This document shows positions 57,816 through 64,000 of a stretch of DNA of 64,000 nucleotides, one piece after another. The DNA is taken from the IMG/VR virus record IMGVR_UViG_3300002220_000189, positions 32,001 through 96,000 of that record; one strand, 5' to 3'. Both the position numbers and the translations under genes were made by a program. The stretch comes from a virus. Its lineage: Duplodnaviria > Caudoviricetes. Position 1 is the stretch's first letter, and every line of letters starts with the position of its first letter. The notes under the pieces were generated by a model. It saw only the letters and a list, made by a program, of their open reading frames with translations. It searched no databases and was not told where the DNA came from.

Positions 57816-58040
57816 TTATTTTTCCTTAAATCCAAGACATTTTCCATCTGCATCCAAAAAAACATCCATACAACCACATTGATATACACCGGGTATAGGA
57901 CTAACATTAAATTTACATTCACCATTATTACAGGTAAGGCCAACTTTTCTTAATAAACATCCTTGCGGCGTCCATTTCTTACATTCTGTCGCTTCACAAA
58001 AATATCTACCAAATTCTTTTTTCCAAGTTTTTTCAATCAT
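57816..58040 (-). CDS. Small Cys-rich protein
   Basis: Two C-x4-C...C repeats. Confidence 0.55.
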   Translation of the reverse strand: MIEKTWKKEFGRYFCEATECKKWTPQGCLLRKVGLTCNNGECKFNVSPIPGVYQCGCMDVFLDADGKCLGFKEK

Positions 58041-58041
58041 T

Positions 58042-58650
58042 TTATTTAACCTTTAAAAATAATATCAATGCTTTGTGATAGTTACCACCGGCATCTTTTT
58101 TTGTTTCAATTTCAGTTTTCTTCTCTATATCAAAATATTTTTCACATTCTTTTATAAAATCATCTTTATTCGCTACTTTATCATCAGTATTACCGCCAAT
58201 ATACACATATATAACAGCATTTCCATCATCTGTAAGAACTCTTCTCACCTCTTTTAATGATTTTTTATAATCTGTTGAATGTAATACAGATAATGAATAT
58301 ACGAAATCAAATTGTTTATCATTATACTTCAGTTTTTCCGCATCACCAATATCAAATTTAATACGTGATTGTATTGTTTTATTCTGTTTCTTTAAATTAT
58401 TATTAGCTAATTTTATAACATCTGCAACAATATCAATTCCTATAACTTTCTTAGAATATTGTGCGAGATAGAATGTATCTATTCCAGCAGCACACCCTAT
58501 TTCAAGAACATTATTAAAGTTACCATACTTATTTACAACAGATTTTGTAAGTCTGCTTACTTCTTTATCTACCCAATGATCATCATCGGAATTATAAACA
58601 TCTTCCCAAAACTCTTTTTCTGATTCATTGATAAAATTTAATAATCTCAT
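58042..58650 (-). CDS. Class I SAM-dependent methyltransferase in the late module
   Basis: VLEIGCAAG, GIDI, GDAEKL, FDFVYSLSVLH, KEVRRVL. Confidence 0.88.
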   Translation of the reverse strand: MRLLNFINESEKEFWEDVYNSDDDHWVDKEVSRLTKSVVNKYGNFNNVLEIGCAAGIDTFYLAQYSKKVIGIDIVADVIKLANNNLKKQNKTIQSRIKFDIGDAEKLKYNDKQFDFVYSLSVLHSTDYKKSLKEVRRVLTDDGNAVIYVYIGGNTDDKVANKDDFIKECEKYFDIEKKTEIETKKDAGGNYHKALILFLKVK

Positions 58651-58691
58651 TTATTTCCCTTTTGGTTTTTCAATTTTCATAAATTACCTTT

Positions 58692-58862
58692 TTATTTTGT
58701 TTCTTCAAATTCAATAATAATTTTATATGGATTTTTTCCTGAATTAAAAGGTGAGTATACTGAACCTGATCTACATTCACCATATACTCTTACTATTTTA
58801 TATTCTAATATGAAATTTATTACTTCTTCTGTAAGTTTATCAATTTTTTCTTCAATTTTCAT
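58692..58862 (-). CDS. Small hypothetical protein (56 aa)
   Basis: TATAAATA 58879-58886, AAGGAG RBS, MKIEEKIDKLTEE...EETK. Confidence 0.55.
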   Translation of the reverse strand: MKIEEKIDKLTEEVINFILEYKIVRVYGECRSGSVYSPFNSGKNPYKIIIEFEETK

Positions 58863-58926
58863 ATTATCTAATCTCCTTTATTTATAAAATCATAAACTCA
58901 AAATCGAACCCCATGTCAATAGCACC

Positions 58927-59661
58927 TTAAATATTTCCCATATTGAGAATTTTGAACATCATATCACCAAATAACATCATAAATGCAATACTATATCCAT
59001 AGATCGAGCTGTCAACACTATTATCTATCTCTTTATTTTCATCAATCCAAGTATTATCACCATAACCAGTAATACTTGGAGTAGTTGTATCCCAAGGTTG
59101 TGTATCATCAATATCATAAGATGCCAATCTTGCAGAATCTGATTCTTCTGAAAATCTGTAAGGAATCATATTGAAAACATATACTAAACTCCTATATTGA
59201 AAAATACTTGTATCTTGTGCAACGTGAATAATCTCAAATGCTCTACCCGCATCAATAGGATCATCAGTAAAATCCCACGGATACATCGGAATTCTTACCA
59301 CATCACCAACTTTAGGAACCTCAGTTTGACTAACATCCCTTTTATATACTGAACGAGGAATATATGCGATAATAGTATCTTGAGACATAACACCAAACAT
59401 ACTATATACTGTAGGAATTTCACCTATTTCATATATAATTTTTGTTTTTCTAGCCTCTTTATATTCTACATCTTGCTTTTCACCATATAAAGGATCGGAT
59501 AAAACAGATTGATCAGAAATTAAATAATAACATTCTATTCCTGTAATATCTGTATATTCAGTTACGAGATTTTCTCCAAATTGATATTCTGGATTATCAA
59601 TAATATCATAAAATCTCCACATTGGGCGATTCATTCCAGATAACGGTCTTCGGATAGCCAT
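58927..59661 (-). CDS. gp14: Neck protein (gp14-like)
   Basis: GIECYYL...DPLYGE, SMFG, PKVGDVV, FEI.HV; follows gp13. Confidence 0.75.
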   Translation of the reverse strand: MAIRRPLSGMNRPMWRFYDIIDNPEYQFGENLVTEYTDITGIECYYLISDQSVLSDPLYGEKQDVEYKEARKTKIIYEIGEIPTVYSMFGVMSQDTIIAYIPRSVYKRDVSQTEVPKVGDVVRIPMYPWDFTDDPIDAGRAFEIIHVAQDTSIFQYRSLVYVFNMIPYRFSEESDSARLASYDIDDTQPWDTTTPSITGYGDNTWIDENKEIDNSVDSSIYGYSIAFMMLFGDMMFKILNMGNI

Positions 59662-59816
59662 TTATTTCTTCCTTTTTGCATTTCTTAATTTTTGTTTATG
59701 TTCTTCAGAAAAAATTCTACCTTTCATTTTTTGCTTAGTTTCTTCAGTATGTTTTTTACCATACATAGGATTTGTTTTCTTGGATCAAGATATACATAAA
59801 TGTAAAAATTTATCAT
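59662..59816 (-). pseudogene. Internally deleted GIY-YIG/NUMOD3 endonuclease remnant
   Basis: MINFYIYVYLDPRK joined out of frame to TNPMYGKKHTEETKQKMKGRIFSEEHKQKL. Confidence 0.75.
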
Positions 59817-59840
59817 AATTCCATAACCATCGAAAAATCC

Positions 59841-60620
59841 TTATCCCACAAAAATTCCCCATCCCTCATATGTTTCTTCATCTCTAAGAGTAACTTCCAA
59901 TTTTTCTAATTCTGCTTGACCCTCATTCAATAAATCACTACCATCTAAAGCTAATCCTGTATTACTTCCTACAGCTGTAAAATTAGCAAACTTACTCCTT
60001 ACTCTACCTAATGAAATTTTACTTAATGCTGTTACATAATCTAATATCCAAATATTTCCATATAAATCAGTATTTTCACCTTCTATCATATAAGATCTAA
60101 TAAGAATAAATCCTGGAGAATCATATATAATACCATTTACACTTAATGAGCCTCCAGAAGGGGGAGTAGGTTGAATTTCTAATATATTTGTATATTTATG
60201 ATATTTAAAGTTATAAGCATCTACAACATATCTTTTTACAGTTTCTAAAAAATCTCTTGCTATATGGTATGATACTAATGTATAACCAGAACCACCTGCA
60301 CCTCTCATTAATAATTGATCATACATTCCCATATTATATAAATAATTTTCCATTGTGAATAATGTATGTATAGATCCTGCTGATCTACTTTCATAACCCA
60401 AAACATCAACAACACCTTCTGGCATATCATATTCGGTAACACCTGCAGAAAGCATTAAAGTAAAGAAATGTTCTTGTGTTGCATTACCAACCGCCCATTT
60501 TATAAATTTTTCCCTTGCATAATCAATATTATCATTAATTTGAGAATCATCAAGCTCCACCTTAATCATCGGACTCCCCAAACGGCGTTTAACTTTTTCT
60601 ACAAGATCACTTTTCTTCAT
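59841..60620 (-). CDS. gp13: Neck protein
   Basis: RRLGSPMIKVELDDSQI, WILDYVTAL.K..LG..RSKF, LDG. Confidence 0.9.
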   Translation of the reverse strand: MKKSDLVEKVKRRLGSPMIKVELDDSQINDNIDYAREKFIKWAVGNATQEHFFTLMLSAGVTEYDMPEGVVDVLGYESRSAGSIHTLFTMENYLYNMGMYDQLLMRGAGGSGYTLVSYHIARDFLETVKRYVVDAYNFKYHKYTNILEIQPTPPSGGSLSVNGIIYDSPGFILIRSYMIEGENTDLYGNIWILDYVTALSKISLGRVRSKFANFTAVGSNTGLALDGSDLLNEGQAELEKLEVTLRDEETYEGWGIFVG

Positions 60621-60640
60621 ATTTTATTCCTTTTATATAT

Positions 60641-63238
60641 TTATGCTCTAAAATCGCCGGATCTTGTCAACCAGTTCCAATCCTCAACAGTCTGTTCAAT
60701 ATCAGCGATTATTCCCCATACTTCATCTTCTGAGACTCCATCATTTCTATCTCGCTCTCTATCCATTACCGATTTTAATACACCAGTTTCTTCTAATACA
60801 TCCATTTCTGTAAAATATGTTGCCCAATATAATGCAGATATAACATCATCAGGTAAATTTAACCCATAAAATTTACCCTTATCTTCAATAAAAGATGATA
60901 AACACATAATAGTTCTTTTATCAACTATTTCTATACAATCATCTTCAATTAATTTTTTCATCAATAAAACAGCTTTCGGTTTAGTAGTTCTTGAAGCCCT
61001 TATACCTAAATCCACAACTCTACTTCCAGTATTTACAAGACTAACATTTTCATATTCCCACCATAATCTATTTACAACCGCTGATCCTTCTGCATTATTT
61101 TCACACATTATATGCGCATTATTATAATAGATTGATAATCTATTTATTATTTCCGAAAAAGAATATACATCAGTATAATCATCTTCAAATACAGCAACTT
61201 GTTTATATTTGATGGGAACTAGAGAAAGTAATTTCAAAATTTGTATAGCCGAATTATTTTCACCAGTACCCTTTGCAGAATCAACACCAATAACATATAC
61301 ACTTCCAAGTTCTGGTTTTTCATATACAGCCAATCTATCATTCAAATCATACATTAAAGGATTTTCTGTTTTAGTATATAAAATTTCAAGTATATTGGGA
61401 TCAATAACAGTATTAGAAGAACCTAAAAATTGTACGTCATATTCTTGATTAAATCTTTGTAATCCTAAATTAGATATTTGATTTTTAGCCCATTCTTCAT
61501 CCCTGCCAGGAACATCTCTCCATGTAGATTTAATAAATTTGAATTCATTTTCATTTCTTTCTGCTTGTGAATATATAGTATGAAATAAATTGTATGTACC
61601 ATTTGGTGTAGATATAATAATAATTTTTGATTCCTGTGATGCTGAAATCGTAGGATAATTAGCTGACCAAAATTCTTCAGCAACTGCTTTAGGAACAAAT
61701 GCAAATTCATCCATAACCAATAAATTAAGTGTTCGTCCTCTAAAAGCATCTGCTGATGTTGCAGATACCATAATTTTTGATCCATTATCAAATGAAACAA
61801 ATGTTTTTGAATATTCAACAACACCGGGTTTTAACCAAACAGGAAGTTCTTCATACATTTTTTTTATTCTTGAAAGAATGTCTATAGCAGATGTTTGTTT
61901 ATTAGATACAATACCAACTTCTTTATTAGAATTAAAAATGGCATACCATAAAGCATATACTGAAATTACTGATGTATTGTGTGTAGGAATCATTGTTTTA
62001 CCACATAAAAATAATGATTCATCATTATCAACTTTAATACATTTTACAGAAACAGAATCAATTTTTATAATATTTTTAATATAAATTCTTTTATTTTTAG
62101 GATGATTAAGACATTTTTTTTGTCTATCTAATTTTCTTTTTAATTTAAAAACATCATATTCACATGTTGTAAAAGATAATATAAAATATTTTTCACCTTT
62201 AACTATTTTATCTCTTTTACGAGATTTTATACCCAAACCTGATAATAGTTCTCTTACATTATCTATAAATAATTCATTTTTTTGATAAAATTCACAACTT
62301 CCTCCAATATCACAATAACCATCCGTATCCATTAATCCTCTTAATAATTCCAATCTTTGATTAATTGATGAATATAAATAATCATTTGGTATATGTTTAT
62401 TATTACAATTATTAATTTTTTTCAAATCTGTTATAAGGTTATATATTGTAAAATATCCTGTTGTTTCCCTTCTTTTATCTGGTCTATATTCAGATATATT
62501 ATATTTTTCTATAATATTATCTGATATTTCATTATAATCATCTATATGTGTTGTTATTCTTCCATTTCTCTTATCACCATCACCTAACCAAACACCCAAA
62601 ACATATGGGTCAATTAATAAATTTTTTTCAGAATATTCAATAGCATTATGATAATTTATATAAAATGTTTTTGCTTTATTTTTTGAAATATCATCAACTA
62701 TTTCCTTAGTTGTTAATATTTTTTCAAGATGTGTTTGTGTTTTCCCATTAATCATTTTTTTATGATATGAGGAACCAACACACCATAAATGTTCTTCATC
62801 TGCTATAATTTTCTCACCGTTATCAAATTCAATTTCATAACAATTATGATTATTCATTATATCTGTGATAAATGTAACTTTTGTTCCTTTACCATCTCTA
62901 CCAACTAATAAATCATTAACTTTTATATCACCCATTTTTTTCCAAGTACCATCAAACATTGGTATGGGCGTATCAAGACTTAATGCTTTCCCTGACTGTC
63001 TTGAAAGTAATCCTATAATATATCTATTATTTGTAAGAAGTTCAAGAATCATATTCTGATATGAATATGGTTTAAACTCAACAATGCCCTTATCTGGATG
63101 AATTACCTTTACATATTTTAAAAAATACCAAATATTATTAGAACAATCCATTAATTCTGAAAAATGTTCTGTAGAATATTCAAATTCTTCACGTGGTCTT
63201 TTTACATATTCTGAATATCTAATAGCCATAAAATTCAC
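60641..63238 (-). CDS. gp17: Terminase large subunit containing an intein
   Basis: SRQSGK|intein|TS, FRG, LVMDEFAFV, STPNG, FNQEY, GVDSAKG, DDVISA. Confidence 0.95.
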   Translation of the reverse strand: MNFMAIRYSEYVKRPREEFEYSTEHFSELMDCSNNIWYFLKYVKVIHPDKGIVEFKPYSYQNMILELLTNNRYIIGLLSRQSGKALSLDTPIPMFDGTWKKMGDIKVNDLLVGRDGKGTKVTFITDIMNNHNCYEIEFDNGEKIIADEEHLWCVGSSYHKKMINGKTQTHLEKILTTKEIVDDISKNKAKTFYINYHNAIEYSEKNLLIDPYVLGVWLGDGDKRNGRITTHIDDYNEISDNIIEKYNISEYRPDKRRETTGYFTIYNLITDLKKINNCNNKHIPNDYLYSSINQRLELLRGLMDTDGYCDIGGSCEFYQKNELFIDNVRELLSGLGIKSRKRDKIVKGEKYFILSFTTCEYDVFKLKRKLDRQKKCLNHPKNKRIYIKNIIKIDSVSVKCIKVDNDESLFLCGKTMIPTHNTSVISVYALWYAIFNSNKEVGIVSNKQTSAIDILSRIKKMYEELPVWLKPGVVEYSKTFVSFDNGSKIMVSATSADAFRGRTLNLLVMDEFAFVPKAVAEEFWSANYPTISASQESKIIIISTPNGTYNLFHTIYSQAERNENEFKFIKSTWRDVPGRDEEWAKNQISNLGLQRFNQEYDVQFLGSSNTVIDPNILEILYTKTENPLMYDLNDRLAVYEKPELGSVYVIGVDSAKGTGENNSAIQILKLLSLVPIKYKQVAVFEDDYTDVYSFSEIINRLSIYYNNAHIMCENNAEGSAVVNRLWWEYENVSLVNTGSRVVDLGIRASRTTKPKAVLLMKKLIEDDCIEIVDKRTIMCLSSFIEDKGKFYGLNLPDDVISALYWATYFTEMDVLEETGVLKSVMDRERDRNDGVSEDEVWGIIADIEQTVEDWNWLTRSGDFRA
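61976..62986 (-). mobile_element. Class 3 intein (Ala start) with LAGLIDADG endonuclease, 337 aa
   Basis: ALSLDTPIP start; ADEEHLW, VKCIKVD, IPTHN|T (W-C-T triplet); LGVWLGDG and LRGLMDTDG. Confidence 0.92.
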
Positions 63239-63274
63239 CTATTTTAAATTTTGTTATTATTTTTCTTACTCTTA

Positions 63275-63282
63275 TATTTATA
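63275..63282 (-). promoter_or_regulatory. T4-type late promoter for terminase
   Basis: TATAAATA; a second copy at 63333-63340. Confidence 0.7.
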
Positions 63283-63310
63283 ATTTTTATTCAAATTATA
63301 TAATAAAAGC

Positions 63311-63356
63311 AAAAAAATACCCCTATCTAATGTATTTATATAGATAAGGGTATTTT
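63311..63356 (-). terminator. Intrinsic terminator after the spoVR-like gene
   Basis: 16-bp stem (one U-G pair on the minus strand) with a U7 tract. Confidence 0.75.
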
Positions 63357-63374
63357 ACTTAAAAATAAATTATA

Positions 63375-64000
63375 TTAAAATTTTATACTATCCGGTTCTC
63401 CTATTTTAAAATCTTTATTTTTTCCAACAGCTACTAAAATTTCTTTTCCAGACTGTACTGTTTTCAAATATACAGGTTTTCCCCATAAATCTACTATATG
63501 AGATAATGTTTTAACCATAAATACAGTTTCTAACTGTTGTCCAGAATATTTATGTTCCATAAATAGATGTCCTGAATCTCCAAAATTTCCATTAACTACT
63601 TCAATTTTTGGAATTCCACTATGTGCAAATGATGAAATAATTATTTTTTTAATATCGTCACAACTATGATCGGTTCTTATATAATCATCATAAAAGGGAG
63701 TTTCTCTTTTTATATAAATATATAAATCTAATTTATCAATAAGATCAGTTGTTAAAAAATCTTGCATAAAAAACCAATCAGTATAAGTTTTCATTACATC
63801 CTTAACCTTTTCCCATCCTTTCATTTCTTTTGTATCCCATTCTTCACGTTCTCTTATATTTACACATTCATCCCATTCTTTACCATATCTTCCTTTATTC
63901 CATCTATCTTCAATATCTTCTAACATTTTAGAACCTATAAGATATGGATTCATTGTAAATTTACTATGAGCTTTTACAAGTGAATTACTATAATTAAATT
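63375..64000 (-). CDS. spoVR: SpoVR-family protein, C-terminal part (5' end outside the window)
   Basis: NPYLIG...DIEDRWNKG...D.FF..DFLT...IPKI.V...L.MEH...LWGKPVYLKT; frame open to the window edge. Confidence 0.85.
   Translation of the reverse strand, partial: FNYSNSLVKAHSKFTMNPYLIGSKMLEDIEDRWNKGRYGKEWDECVNIREREEWDTKEMKGWEKVKDVMKTYTDWFFMQDFLTTDLIDKLDLYIYIKRETPFYDDYIRTDHSCDDIKKIIISSFAHSGIPKIEVVNGNFGDSGHLFMEHKYSGQQLETVFMVKTLSHIVDLWGKPVYLKTVQSGKEILVAVGKNKDFKIGEPDSIKF

Noticed and set aside
58651-58680. 9-codon ORF MKIEKPKGK sharing ATGAAAATTGAA with the 58692-58862 gene
   Set aside because: Probably a deletion remnant or coupling peptide; too short to call
58903-58914. 12-mer ATGGGGTTCGAT shared (inverted) with 27189-27200; T-loop-like
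   Set aside because: No flanking tRNA or repeat structure; a single short match could be chance
58927-58995. Hydrophobic C-terminal extension of gp14 after SSIYGY
   Set aside because: Could be a lost stop codon, but cannot be judged without homologue alignment
174-63059. Many short antisense or alternate-frame ORFs in the track (e.g. 746-1096, 9010-9351, 22706-22969, 32558-33028, 60468-60869, 61465-61824)
   Set aside because: They shadow well-supported genes and lack RBSs or motifs; only 6498-7112 shows a coherent domain and expression signals
1-64000. Alternative genetic code (stop-codon reassignment)
   Set aside because: Code 11 gives dense, full-length conserved genes ending in TAA, TAG or TGA; the few breaks have specific explanations

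Overview
A very AT-rich segment of a large T4-like (myovirus) phage genome, read in the standard genetic code. Bases 1-20300 (+ strand) form an accessory block: DNA methyltransferases, radical SAM enzymes, glycosyltransferases and a nonulosonic (sialic-type) acid module (NeuA, NeuB, Maf-like). Bases 20290-38050 (- strand) hold small accessory genes, a Ro60/TROVE locus, UvsX, gp46/gp47 and the gp55-like late sigma factor. Bases 38050-63240 (- strand) are the baseplate-tail-neck-terminase module, followed by a partial SpoVR gene. Near-consensus sigma70 promoters and T4-type late promoters (TATAAATA) are both visible. Four observations stand out. (1) An HNH endonuclease gene with its own late promoter is fully overprinted inside a DNA methyltransferase gene, whose frame stays open across the ~233-codon insert. 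(2) A promoter-driven array of three structured RNAs with conserved motifs lies directly upstream of the Ro60/TROVE gene (candidate phage Y-RNA array). (3) gp46 is fractured by an atypically split intein (24 aa + 125 aa) with a free-standing endonuclease between the halves. (4) Free-standing GIY-YIG genes are flanked by recoded duplicates of the host-gene terminus they interrupt. All functional calls come from motif recognition by eye; no database searches were run.
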